A stretch of 64,000 nucleotides of DNA from a virus (Duplodnaviria; Caudoviricetes). Of this stretch, positions 29,478-39,121 are shown piece after piece. The stretch is taken from positions 32,001-96,000 of IMG/VR virus record IMGVR_UViG_3300028805_000046; one strand, given 5' to 3'. A program made the position numbers and the translations under genes. How positions within the stretch are numbered: the first letter of the stretch is position 1; each line of letters begins with the position of its first letter. The notes beneath the pieces were generated by a model that had not been told where the DNA came from, made no database searches, and worked only from the letters and a program-made list of their open reading frames with translations.

Positions 29478-29529
29478 AAATGGAATTTCTTTTGGGAATT
29501 TTCGTTGGATGGTTAATCTGGGGGAGACA

Positions 29530-29829
29530 ATGACAAAATTACTTACTTACGCAAACATTCTTGGTTTTAAGGCATTCATAATAATGTACAGCGCTGCTGT
29601 CATGATTGGGATGGTTCTTTACAATATCATTTTAAAACAAGTTCTAGCAGTTCTTTGGGTTGCTGCAGAACACATGCCTGATGATTTTGGCTCAGAAAAA
29701 GTTGATGATGCAGTTGGTTCTGCTGCAAAGTCCTTCGCTGGCTTCGTAGACAATCACGTCTTCAAGCAGCCAGAGCCAAACTACGAAATTGTGCCTGACG
29801 AAGAGTATAAAGCAAATTTTAAGTTCTAG
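29530..29829 (+). CDS. Membrane protein
   Basis: GGGGAG RBS; hydrophobic segment. Confidence 0.6.
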   Translation: MTKLLTYANILGFKAFIIMYSAAVMIGMVLYNIILKQVLAVLWVAAEHMPDDFGSEKVDDAVGSAAKSFAGFVDNHVFKQPEPNYEIVPDEEYKANFKF

Positions 29830-29899
29830 CTTCTTTATGTAAAATCTTTTATAAATATTTTGTTTAGTTCTTCGTGAACTTTTAGATTTTGGAGGCAGT

Positions 29900-30085
29900 A
29901 TGACTGACGAACAGATGAAGAAATTCATGGAAGACCAGATAGAAGAGATTCAGATACATAAGTGGATTGAATCTGAAAAAGCAGGTCATGATCTTGGTTC
30001 TGAAGCAATAAAAGATTTTATCAAGAACCACGCAGCAAAATTTAGAGAGGATTGGCTTAAGAACCATCCTGACTGCGATAAATAA
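29900..30085 (+). CDS. DUF4032-like small protein
   Basis: EEIQIHKWIESEKAGHDLG..AIKDF...HAAKFR; TATAAATA at 29850-29857. Confidence 0.65.
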   Translation: MTDEQMKKFMEDQIEEIQIHKWIESEKAGHDLGSEAIKDFIKNHAAKFREDWLKNHPDCDK

Positions 30086-30103
30086 ACAAAAAGGAGTTTT
30101 AAG

Positions 30104-30577
30104 ATGGAAAAATTAGACGAAGCACTTCGCATTGACGGATTTGACGCAGAAACTCAAAAAGAATTTGACAAGCTCTGCGCATATCTTTCTGTTTTCAAGC
30201 ACAGAGCAAAGCCTTCTAGCCCACGCTATGTGACTAAGCTTAATGAATTTCAGTTGAAGTTCATGGCATTCATTGACAAGGCGACTACTAATCGTGCTAA
30301 GCTGCAGATTAAGTCATACATTTCTGAAATTCAGAACTTGCTTCAGAAAGCAGAAGTTGCTCCGCCAAAGGAAAAGCCAGTAAATCTTGGCGGTGGAAAG
30401 GTTCGTCAGGTTAGAACCGCGGCCAAGCCAGCTCCTTCTTATGCAAGCGAAACTGGTGGAGAGTATTACGACAACGGAGTTCATGTTTACGAAGCACCTG
30501 CTGACGAAGATGAACCCGAAGAAGTTCAGACTGCTCTCCGCACATTGCGCCGTAACGGAGCAAGAGTTTCACGATAA
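30104..30577 (+). CDS. Putative internal head protein
   Basis: Late box GATAAATA 30077-30084; N-terminal KLDEA; C-terminal ALRTLRRNGARV motif. Confidence 0.55.
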   Translation: MEKLDEALRIDGFDAETQKEFDKLCAYLSVFKHRAKPSSPRYVTKLNEFQLKFMAFIDKATTNRAKLQIKSYISEIQNLLQKAEVAPPKEKPVNLGGGKVRQVRTAAKPAPSYASETGGEYYDNGVHVYEAPADEDEPEEVQTALRTLRRNGARVSR

Positions 30578-30598
30578 AGAACCTAGAGAAAATTTTTG

Positions 30599-30632
30599 AG
30601 GCGCATGAAAATGCGCCTTTTTTTGTTATATT
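30599..30632 (+). terminator. Terminator plus extended -10 promoter
   Basis: AGGCGCAT-GAAA-ATGCGCCT, T run, TGTTATATT. Confidence 0.8.
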
Positions 30633-30658
30633 TTGACTACCAAATAGGAGTAATTTTT

Positions 30659-31066
30659 ATGTTACAAGCAAAAACACTTGAAAAGATGGTTGGGAATAAG
30701 CAAGAGCCCGAAGTTCACGATGAAGCATGGCTTCACAATCCAATTCGTTTGAAGCAAATCATCAAAGCGTCTGCTGACGCCTGCGGCATCGTTCTCAAAA
30801 ATCCAAAACAGAACTGTCCGAAATGTCACGGCCGTGGATGGACTGCAGTTGATGTAAAGACTGGTCTTCCAGTTGTCTGCCGCTGTATCTTCCATTCTGA
30901 AGACAAGCACAATCCGAATGAAGTATCTCCGTACTATCTTCGCCCGCACAACCGTGCTGAACGCCGCGCTCAACAAAAGTGGCTTCTCAAACATCCACAG
31001 GAAGTGAATAAAGAAAAGAACAAAGTTGATTTCAGCGACATGGCTATTGAGGAGGATAGAGACTAA
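30659..31066 (+). CDS. Zinc-ribbon protein
   Basis: CPKCHGRG...VCRC. Confidence 0.65.
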   Translation: MLQAKTLEKMVGNKQEPEVHDEAWLHNPIRLKQIIKASADACGIVLKNPKQNCPKCHGRGWTAVDVKTGLPVVCRCIFHSEDKHNPNEVSPYYLRPHNRAERRAQQKWLLKHPQEVNKEKNKVDFSDMAIEEDRD

Positions 31067-32013
31067 TGGCGAAGATTATCAGTAATGTGTGGGTTGAGAA
31101 ATATCGTCCAAAGCATGTGAAGGACATCGTTCTTCCAGAATCTTTTAAGAAATTTTTCAACGACTTGATTAAGGAAGGCAATGAAGTAGGCATTCCGAAT
31201 ATTCTTTTGTCTTCGCCAACTCCAGGTACTGGTAAGACTACTATCGCTAAGGCAATCGTTGCTGACTTGAACGCTGATGCGATGTACATCAACGCTTCTT
31301 CTGAAAACTCGATTGATGTTTTGCGTAGCCAAATTGCTGGCTTTGCCAGCACAATGTCCTTCAATGGCGGTCGTAAGATCGTTATCTTGGACGAAGCGGA
31401 TGGTTTGACGCCTCAGTTCCAGAAGGCATTACGTGCATTTATTGAAGAATTTTCAAGTTCATGCCGTTTCATTTTGACTTGCAATAACATCGGCAAGATC
31501 ATTGATCCGTTGAAGCAAGGCCGTACGATGGTGTTTGACTTTGACATGGGCAAACAGAAAGATGAACTTATTCCAAAAATCACTGCACGTCTTGAAGGCA
31601 TTCTTAAACATGAAGAAGTGCCGTTTGAACATGAAGCAGTTCAGCGAATTGCAGAAAGGACATTCCCGTCTATTCGTAAAGCAATTTCGTTCTGTCAGCA
31701 GTATGCGAAGATTCATGGCAAGATTGATGAAGAAGCAGTGCCGAAGAACACTGACATTGACCTTGTAACGACATTCATCGGTGGCGAAAAGCCAAATGTG
31801 ACTGCGACAAGAGCATTCATTGAAAATGAAGGTCTTTCTGCAACTGAAGTATTCCATGCATTGTTTACGCATTTTGTGCCGCATGAAAAGTGCGTCAAGA
31901 AAGCACAGGCGACGATTCTTCTTGCCGATTATGAATACCGTTCAATGATTTCAGCAGATCCATCATTGCAGATCGCTGCTTGTCTTATTGAACTTGCGGG
32001 GTGCATGAAGTAA
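31066..32013 (+). CDS. gp44: Clamp loader ATPase subunit (T4 gp44 / RFC-like)
   Basis: WVEKYRP, PGTGKTT, INAS, ILDEAD, QKALRAFIEEFS..CRFILTCN. Confidence 0.95.
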   Translation: MAKIISNVWVEKYRPKHVKDIVLPESFKKFFNDLIKEGNEVGIPNILLSSPTPGTGKTTIAKAIVADLNADAMYINASSENSIDVLRSQIAGFASTMSFNGGRKIVILDEADGLTPQFQKALRAFIEEFSSSCRFILTCNNIGKIIDPLKQGRTMVFDFDMGKQKDELIPKITARLEGILKHEEVPFEHEAVQRIAERTFPSIRKAISFCQQYAKIHGKIDEEAVPKNTDIDLVTTFIGGEKPNVTATRAFIENEGLSATEVFHALFTHFVPHEKCVKKAQATILLADYEYRSMISADPSLQIAACLIELAGCMK

Positions 32014-32678
32014 TGATTACCCAGCTTGCATTTGAAACATTCTTGCTCGGGTATAAGCACGGCGTCTACATTTTCGTTTCAGATGCTTGCGAAGCATGTG
32101 CAAGATATCAGCAAGAAATATCTTATATTGACAGTCCGTTCTTGTTTGTTGTGGAAACCCCTATGGTTAAGCAACAAGCAATTCTTGAAAAACTTACTGG
32201 TCGTTCTGTATTTCCACAGACAGTTGGATATGTAGACAATCAGATTAAGTTTGCTCGGACTGGCATTGAGTTTGAAAAGCAACAGACAGAGATTCTGTTG
32301 CCTTTTTTGGCTACATTTCCAAAAGAGCCATTGACCGAAGCAGAAATTGAAGAACGCATAAAGAAGCAGCGAAATCGTTGTCTTCTTACTCTTTATGCTT
32401 TCAGCAAGGATATTCCCGAAGACAAACGAAAAGAGCTTGTTCTTCACGGTGCTTCTTTAAATGAATTTGCGATTGACATTTCTCATGTTGGCGAAGGATT
32501 GCCTGACAGTGAAAGAGAACGCCTTCTTGAAGGCCAGTATCATACATGCCGCTTGGTCGTGTATAAATTGAAGGACAAGCCTTCTACATTGAACGATTTT
32601 GAACAGAGAATCGTTATGGGCTATGCCGCTGTAAACCGTGAAATAACATTTACAGTCAGAGACATTGAGGATTTATGA
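32013..32678 (+). CDS. Thioredoxin-fold protein (CxxC) with a C-terminal extension
   Basis: CEAC and FPQT cis-Pro loop. Confidence 0.55.
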   Translation: MITQLAFETFLLGYKHGVYIFVSDACEACARYQQEISYIDSPFLFVVETPMVKQQAILEKLTGRSVFPQTVGYVDNQIKFARTGIEFEKQQTEILLPFLATFPKEPLTEAEIEERIKKQRNRCLLTLYAFSKDIPEDKRKELVLHGASLNEFAIDISHVGEGLPDSERERLLEGQYHTCRLVVYKLKDKPSTLNDFEQRIVMGYAAVNREITFTVRDIEDL

Positions 32679-33436
32679 TTGAAATTGTACCTATTCAGAA
32701 AAGAGCTCCTGGACAGAATGACACTGACAATATCTTCTACATTGAAGACCGTCCAGGCCTTGATGGAATCGCAAAGAAATACAACTGGGCTATCGAGAAC
32801 ATCGCTTTGAAGTCAGATGACGAAATCATCTGTTTCAGACACGATGACTTGTACTTTAGAACTCCAAGAGACGCTGCAGAAGGAATCGTCGCTAAGGCGT
32901 GGATGAACGGCTGCGGAGTCGCAGGAGTAATTGGAACTATCGCTCTTGAAAAGTCTTGTACTTGGTGGGAGCCAAACCGTTTTCTTAACGGCTCTGGCTA
33001 TATCATTCAAGGCGGAAAGAAGCCTTTGCAAGATAAGGATGGCAAGCCAGTGCTGAAAGATGGCAAGCCTGTGTTCCAGAAGATTGAATTTCCGATGGAA
33101 GAACATCGCGGAACGCATGACTATCTTGCAACAGTTGACGGCTGCATAATGTGGATAAACAAGAAGCTCTTGCAAGAAGGCTTAAGATTTGACGAAAATC
33201 TTAAAGGCTATCATTTCTATGATGTTGACATTTGCCTTCAGGCGTTGCAGCGCGGTTATAAAGTAACTACCGTGCCTGTCGTCGTAAAGCATGATTCTGA
33301 AGGCATTCCGCCTAAGAACTTTAACGATTACAGAAAAGTCTGCTTCGAGAAATGGAATGCACGAATAGACGCTTGGCCTATCTCGCGCCTGACTAAATTC
33401 CATGAACCGGAGGCCAAGGATGTGTCTAGAAAATGA
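32675..33436 (+). CDS. GT-A/GT2-like glycosyltransferase
   Basis: IAKKYN, CFRHDD, GVAGVIG, VDGCIM, FDENLKGYHFYDVDICLQA, H.S.G. Confidence 0.82.
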   Translation: MIEIVPIQKRAPGQNDTDNIFYIEDRPGLDGIAKKYNWAIENIALKSDDEIICFRHDDLYFRTPRDAAEGIVAKAWMNGCGVAGVIGTIALEKSCTWWEPNRFLNGSGYIIQGGKKPLQDKDGKPVLKDGKPVFQKIEFPMEEHRGTHDYLATVDGCIMWINKKLLQEGLRFDENLKGYHFYDVDICLQALQRGYKVTTVPVVVKHDSEGIPPKNFNDYRKVCFEKWNARIDAWPISRLTKFHEPEAKDVSRK

Positions 33437-33818
33437 ATATGAATTTTTGACGAACAGATTTCCGGAAGTTGAGTGGTCAATGATGGGCGACGAACAGAAC
33501 GGAATCTGTATCGCAAAAGTACAGAATCGGCCTGTGGTTAGCATTCTTTATCCGTCAAGGCAGTTTATCATTAATACAGAGATTGGTCACATTTACTGCT
33601 GCCGTCATTCATTTACTGGAAAGACGAAATGGATTTTGGACAACGCAAATGTCTTAATGAGCCTTGATGACAACCTAGAGTCATTGGGAAATATTTTGAC
33701 GTATATTGCCAGTGACCTCAGAAATTATTATTTTGAACTAAAAAAGGAAGAAATTTATGCCGCGAAAAACATCTACAAAGAAAAGTACATCAGCTTCTGT
33801 AACTGCGCCCGCAACTGA
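33420..33818 (+). CDS. Hypothetical protein
   Basis: GGAGG RBS, overlapping ORF. Confidence 0.55.
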   Translation: MCLENEYEFLTNRFPEVEWSMMGDEQNGICIAKVQNRPVVSILYPSRQFIINTEIGHIYCCRHSFTGKTKWILDNANVLMSLDDNLESLGNILTYIASDLRNYYFELKKEEIYAAKNIYKEKYISFCNCARN

Positions 33819-34242
33819 AGAAGTTGAAAAGAAGATTGGACTGTTTGATGTTCTTGATATGATTCAGATAAAAAGAACACCGTGGGCAGAACTTGATGAC
33901 GGGTATAAAGACGCTTACAGTCAGTTTATGATAAATCGTTTCGTTTCATCAGTTGATTTTCTTGTGCCAATCGTTGAAAAGATGTCAACTATGAAGGCAT
34001 TGACTAACGAACAGCATTATTTCATTCTGACAAATTCAATTCCAACTGGTCGTAAATTCTGGTTCAACTATAAGGCGTATAAGAAAGAAAAGGCAGAAAA
34101 GGACGAAGAGTTCTTAATCTGGGCTGTTTCAAAAGAATACGAGATCGGAAAGCGTGAAGCCAAGACTTATATAAATAATTTAAGTGGGACTGAAATAGAC
34201 CAGTTGAAAGACAAGTGGGAAGAGTTCTACAAAAATAAGTAA
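33757..34242 (+). CDS. gp62: Clamp loader small subunit (T4 gp62 family)
   Basis: LFDVL..I, YSQFMINRFVS, QHYFIL, Y.IGKREAKTY. Confidence 0.8.
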   Translation: MPRKTSTKKSTSASVTAPATEEVEKKIGLFDVLDMIQIKRTPWAELDDGYKDAYSQFMINRFVSSVDFLVPIVEKMSTMKALTNEQHYFILTNSIPTGRKFWFNYKAYKKEKAEKDEEFLIWAVSKEYEIGKREAKTYINNLSGTEIDQLKDKWEEFYKNK

Positions 34243-34253
34243 GAGGATTTACG

Positions 34254-35786
34254 ATGGCGCATAAAACATTTAAGGAATTGAAGGAGTTGATGACTGAAGC
34301 TTCTGTTGGAAGCCAGGACATTTTCCGCGCTACTGAAAGCATCGTCAAGTATCTTTCTCGCACATTGGGTGCGACTTTTAAGGAAATTGACGGTCAGGAA
34401 TACGCAAACAGTAGCGGATCATACTTTGGATTTTTGTACATTTCCACCACCAATCATGCTGCTTTGCGTGTAAACTGGGAAGGAAATGTATTCCATTCAA
34501 TCAACTACTGGAATGACTACGCAACTGAAATGGCTCCGACTATGGAAATCTTCACTGGTAAGATTGCTCCGGGTCAGTCTTCATTTGCTCGTCTTCTTCC
34601 AGAAATTGCTGAAATCATTAAGAACGGCGGAGTAACTCCTGCTTCTGATGAAGGCGATGACTTTGAAGAACCAGTATCAGAATCTATGAATGAAGCAGTC
34701 GAGTATAATGGACAAGTCTATAACACTCGTGTTGACCTCGTAAAGGCAATGTACGATGCTGGTAAGTCTATTGATGAAATCAAGACTGTAGTAGGATATC
34801 CTCCTGGACATATTCGTAAGCTTATCGCAAAGTACACAGGCGAATCTGAACCACAGACTTCTGCTTCTGGAAAGGTCAAGGTCGTCAAGGGACAGGCTGA
34901 AACCGTTACTCCGTCAAAGGCAGTAAAGAAGGCTCAAGCAATTCTCGATGATACTGAATATGCTGACCCAGCGATTGTCTTCCATGAACTTGAACAGTAC
35001 TGTACATTGATTGGTAAGGGCCTCCTTACCGCATTGATGATTACTGGACAAGGCGGTGTTGGTAAGTCATTCACTGTTGGTGATGTTCTTAGACAGTATG
35101 GTAAGAAAGGCGAAGACTACGTGATTATGAAAGGTCACTGTACTCCTTCTGCGATGTACCGCTTCCTTTATAACCATTACGACAAGATCTGCGTATTTGA
35201 CGACTGCGACTCGATCTTTGACTCTGCCGATGGTATGAACATCTTGAAAGGCGCCCTTGACTCCGGTGACCCACGAGAAATTTCATGGATGACGAAAGGC
35301 TCTGACGTCGTTGATACTTTCGGCGTTGAAGACCATGCAGAAATTGAATCACGCCTCGCAGAATATTCTAGCTCACATGGTGGTAAAGAAGGTACTCCTT
35401 CATACTTCATTTTTGAAGGCGCGGTGATTTTCATCTCTAACCTTTCAAAGCAGGCAATCTACAAGAAAGACCGTGCTATCCTTTCTCGATGCACTACCAT
35501 TGATGTGACTTTGAGCGCTCAGGGAGTTATTTCTCGTATTAAGACTGTGCTTCCTCACATCAAGATCTATGCTGCATTGAAGGGCCGTGGCAAGAATGGC
35601 TCTCGTGACATTACTGATGAAGCAATCAAGCAAGAAGTATTTGAGTGGATTTCATCAGAAGAGTTCTTGAACCACCCAAGAGTCCGTGGACGTGAACTTA
35701 ACTTCCGTCTCTTTGACCAGGTATATAAGTACCGTTATGGTGGATTGGAAGATTGGAAGGAACTAAGCTATCGAGCGGGCGGCTGA
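34254..35786 (+). CDS. AAA-type P-loop ATPase with a long N-terminal extension, late-expressed
   Basis: GQGGVGKS, VFDDCD, LKGALDS, VIFISN, AILSR; TATAAATA 34170-34177; N-terminal TFKE..LMTE. Confidence 0.8.
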   Translation: MAHKTFKELKELMTEASVGSQDIFRATESIVKYLSRTLGATFKEIDGQEYANSSGSYFGFLYISTTNHAALRVNWEGNVFHSINYWNDYATEMAPTMEIFTGKIAPGQSSFARLLPEIAEIIKNGGVTPASDEGDDFEEPVSESMNEAVEYNGQVYNTRVDLVKAMYDAGKSIDEIKTVVGYPPGHIRKLIAKYTGESEPQTSASGKVKVVKGQAETVTPSKAVKKAQAILDDTEYADPAIVFHELEQYCTLIGKGLLTALMITGQGGVGKSFTVGDVLRQYGKKGEDYVIMKGHCTPSAMYRFLYNHYDKICVFDDCDSIFDSADGMNILKGALDSGDPREISWMTKGSDVVDTFGVEDHAEIESRLAEYSSSHGGKEGTPSYFIFEGAVIFISNLSKQAIYKKDRAILSRCTTIDVTLSAQGVISRIKTVLPHIKIYAALKGRGKNGSRDITDEAIKQEVFEWISSEEFLNHPRVRGRELNFRLFDQVYKYRYGGLEDWKELSYRAGG

Positions 35787-35826
35787 TCCTTTCCCCAATT
35801 TTTTCTGGCTTACTCCCAGAATTACC

Positions 35827-35885
35827 GAGCTGCTGGTTGCCGCCAGCAGCTCATTTTGTAAATACATTAAAGGGCGGCAACCCTT
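35827..35885 (+). promoter_or_regulatory. Paired hairpins flanking a late promoter box upstream of the endonuclease
   Basis: GAGCTGCTGG-TTGCCG-CCAGCAGCTC; GTAAATA 35858-35864; AAGGG-CGGCAA-CCCTT. Confidence 0.65.
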
Positions 35886-35904
35886 ATAAAGAGGAGTAAG
35901 TCAA

Positions 35905-36897
35905 ATGTATTGTGAAATATGTAAAAAAGATTACCATAATTTAAGTAATCATCTAATTCTTAAACATAAAATTTCCCCAAAAGATTATTTTGATGAATAT
36001 CTGAAGACAGAAGAAAATTCTCATTGCAGACTCTGTCATGCGGAATTGAAAGATTTTATCAAATTGAGCTGGGGATATGGAACTTACTGTAAAGAATGCA
36101 GTAATAAAGACAAGTTGAAACATACTTGGAAATTAAAGACAAAAGATGAACTTAATTCTATAAATGAAAAACGAAAAGAAACGTTGAAAGACATTTATGG
36201 CGAAGACTGGAAAGAACAGTTTATACAAAAACAGATAGAAAGCTGCAGAAATAGAACACCTGAACAGCAGGCACTTGTTTCAAAGCACCATCACGATGAA
36301 CGAATGTCACGTGATAATGCGAAAATGGCAGCTGCATGTAGAGCTACCAAATTGAAAAATCATGGTGATGCAACGTACAATAACATAGAAAAAGCAAAAG
36401 AAACGTGTTTATCTAAATATGGCGCTACTAATGTAAGTTTAGTTCCTGAAATTGTTGAACATATGTTTGATGATTATGAAAAACGTACAGGCTTTAAGAA
36501 TCCATCACATAATCCAGCAGTAATAGCTAAAATGCATGCAAGGTATTATTATGATGGACAACGATTTGATAGTTCTTGGGAACTTGCATATTACATTTGG
36601 CTAAAGGATCATAACATTCCGTTTGAATTTCATATAGACCCAATTGATTATTCATATAAAGGCAGGAGACATCGTTATTTTCCAGACTTTAAAGTAAATA
36701 ATGAACTTGTTGAAATAAAAGGACCTCAGCTGCTGCAATTGATGCAGGAGTCAAATTCATTGGATAATGCTAAGTATCGTTGTATGATAGATCATGATGT
36801 AAAGATCATATCAGATTGTTCTGAGTATCTTAATTACATTGATGAGAAGTATGGAAAAGAATATTTGCAGCAGTTTAGACGAAGAAAATTTTTGTGA
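35905..36897 (+). mobile_element. Free-standing homing-endonuclease-like gene (zinc finger + KETxxxxYG repeats + PD-(D/E)xK domain)
   Basis: CEIC..H...H, CRLC..CKEC, KETLKDIYG/KETCLSKYG, FDSSWE..RYFPDF..VEIKG; more AT-rich than its neighbours. Confidence 0.75.
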
Positions 36898-36946
36898 TGT
36901 TTCAAAAATCGTAAAAAGTTGTTAAATTTAATTAGAGGTAAATAAT

Positions 36947-37156
36947 ATGAGTGTAAAGATCACAATCAAGAATAAGAGCTCACGAGACATTCCTCAAGAA
37001 CTTGTTGAGGAGATTCAGTTTAAGACTCTTGACGAAATAAATTCTATTGCAGAGCAGTATAATCTTAAGGTCACTGAAATGACAAATGAATATAAGAATG
37101 CTAAGCTCGTAGAACAAGAATTGACATTTGGAGACAGATATGCAAAAGAAAATTAA
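36947..37156 (+). CDS. Hypothetical protein
   Basis: GAGGT RBS; promoter TGTTAAATT upstream. Confidence 0.65.
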   Translation: MSVKITIKNKSSRDIPQELVEEIQFKTLDEINSIAEQYNLKVTEMTNEYKNAKLVEQELTFGDRYAKEN

Positions 37157-38507
37157 GTGGGGATTTATTCAGCCGCTAACGGGGGGCTTTGCGTGCGGTG
37201 CGGAGCGAGCAATTGGCGCCCCTCCTGATTGGGTACTTTCATTCCCAGGTTTCTGCGGTCACACTGAAAACCCAGACGGAACTGTTAAGAGTGCTATGAA
37301 CGAGTATCATTATCTCATGTATATGAAGAAGCACAACAAGTTGCCGCCTTATCTTACTATCAACCGTCACCCGTTTGCTGACTTCACTAAGGAAGAAGAT
37401 CCTTGGCACCCAGAACTAATCAAGAATGATTTCAGCACTACCGACACCATTGATTTAAGCAATACAGACCTTGTATGCGCATTGCCAGTCTGTTCTGGAT
37501 TGTCCAATGCCACAACGACAAAGAACGATGAGACGCGTGAACTAAGAAACTGCAACATGCAGTGGATCACAAAGTTTGTTCTTGAACACATCAAGCCAAA
37601 AGCTTACATCTTTGAAAATGCTCCTGCTTTGTTCGCAGGCGCTAAGGGCGCTCCAATCCGTGAGTTCATTGACAAGACTGCCGAAGCAGCAGGCTATTCA
37701 GTCACTTACTTCAAGACCGACACATGCTTGCATCACAATGCTCAGCGTCGTCCAAGAACATTCGTAATTTGCTGGAAGTGGGAAGGCGAACATAAGCAGA
37801 TGCCGCCTATCATCAATTTCGTTCGTGATGAAATTTCCGTTAAGGACTTCTTCAATGAAATGCCTAATTACGAACAGAATGAAGAAATGCCTCTGTCTTG
37901 GTGCAATCAGAATATCTTGGACTACTTCAAGCAGGCTCACCCAAATGATTACCGTGAGCTCTTGAAGGAAAGAACAGGATTTGCTCATATCATTGAATGT
38001 GGCGAAAAGGAACAGTACATCAAGTTCTGTGAAACCTATCAGTGGAAAGGCGAAAATTATGAAACACAGGAAAAGCACCGTGCATCAATGATTCGTTCAA
38101 TCAATCATGCAGATGACAAGCATAAGGTTGGTTCATGGATCTTTGACACGACTACTGCAGTAATTGATGACAAGAAGAACATTCCGTCAATCATGCATAA
38201 GGTCACTACTTCCAAGTTGCATCCTTACAAAGATCGTCTTTTGACAGTCGGCGAAATTCTTTACTGTATGGGTATGCCGACCGACTATCACATTTATGGC
38301 GAGACCTGTGAAAAGTCGCATCAGACAGGTCAGAATGTTCCAGTAAAGACTGCGGAGTACATCGTTTCTGAAATCGTCCGTGTCTTGAACAACTGGGAAA
38401 CTGACAGACTTAACACTAACGGCAATCCGTTCTTCGGTGATGACGACAATGTAGAATTTGTGGACAACACCAAGAGGACATACTCAACTAAGCCGACGGA
38501 GAAATAA
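37140..38507 (+). CDS. Divergent C5-cytosine DNA methyltransferase-fold enzyme (paralog A)
   Basis: Motif IV LPVCSGLS, VI FENAP, VIII QRRPRTF, IX RLLTVGE..MGMP, X GQNVPV; motif I atypical (QPLTGG). Confidence 0.82.
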   Translation: MQKKIKWGFIQPLTGGFACGAERAIGAPPDWVLSFPGFCGHTENPDGTVKSAMNEYHYLMYMKKHNKLPPYLTINRHPFADFTKEEDPWHPELIKNDFSTTDTIDLSNTDLVCALPVCSGLSNATTTKNDETRELRNCNMQWITKFVLEHIKPKAYIFENAPALFAGAKGAPIREFIDKTAEAAGYSVTYFKTDTCLHHNAQRRPRTFVICWKWEGEHKQMPPIINFVRDEISVKDFFNEMPNYEQNEEMPLSWCNQNILDYFKQAHPNDYRELLKERTGFAHIIECGEKEQYIKFCETYQWKGENYETQEKHRASMIRSINHADDKHKVGSWIFDTTTAVIDDKKNIPSIMHKVTTSKLHPYKDRLLTVGEILYCMGMPTDYHIYGETCEKSHQTGQNVPVKTAEYIVSEIVRVLNNWETDRLNTNGNPFFGDDDNVEFVDNTKRTYSTKPTEK

Positions 38508-38576
38508 AAACCGCCGGTTTGCATTTTGTTAAAAATTTTTTATATTGATACTGTAAAACCCTCAACAAAGGAGTAA

Positions 38577-38945
38577 ATGATGGGTACACTTACTAAAGGT
38601 TCATACGCACTTGACAAGAAAACAGGCAGATGCTATCTTATGCTTACTGATTCTGCCATTGACAGCGGCAACAGACGTTGGGTTGAAACCTCTCGTCTCA
38701 ACCGTAAGAATGGTCAGGTTACTGGAAGCAAGAATGCAATTCGTTGCCAAGTTTCTGAAAATCAGCTTATTCCGATTTCTTACGCTGAAGGACGCCTCGC
38801 AATGTCTGTTGAACAGTTCTTCAGAAACCATCTCGTAAAGGACGCAGTTTGGGAAACCGCACTTACTGTTTACGATGATATTCTTAAGCCTCGTGGACTT
38901 GATCCGAAGGCTGTCCAGCGTTCATTCTACAAAGGAGCTTGCTAA
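38577..38945 (+). CDS. Hypothetical protein
   Basis: Promoter TTTGCA-17-TATATT (38518-38546) and AAGGAG RBS. Confidence 0.7.
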   Translation: MMGTLTKGSYALDKKTGRCYLMLTDSAIDSGNRRWVETSRLNRKNGQVTGSKNAIRCQVSENQLIPISYAEGRLAMSVEQFFRNHLVKDAVWETALTVYDDILKPRGLDPKAVQRSFYKGAC

Positions 38946-39118
38946 TGTGGAAGATCACTAAGTATCACTGTGATGAAAACGGATCTCCGTACGGCGAACC
39001 GTTCACTACTGTCTGCTACACTCAAGAACTTATGGAGTCTTACCGTAAGGCTCACTTCGTTCAGAAGATTGTAGAAGTTCTCGGCAAAGGCCAAGAAAAG
39101 GTAGTTTGGGAAAGATAA
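38945..39118 (+). CDS. 57-aa hypothetical protein (not in the ORF track)
   Basis: AAGGAG RBS, TAATG coupling, MWKITKYH... Confidence 0.55.
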   Translation: MWKITKYHCDENGSPYGEPFTTVCYTQELMESYRKAHFVQKIVEVLGKGQEKVVWER

Positions 39119-39121
39119 TTT

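Noticed and set aside
37140-38507. Restriction-modification system formed with the upstream endonuclease at 35905
   Set aside because: The endonuclease has homing-endonuclease architecture and a separate late promoter, and the second MTase-fold paralog has no nuclease neighbour. Not fully excluded.
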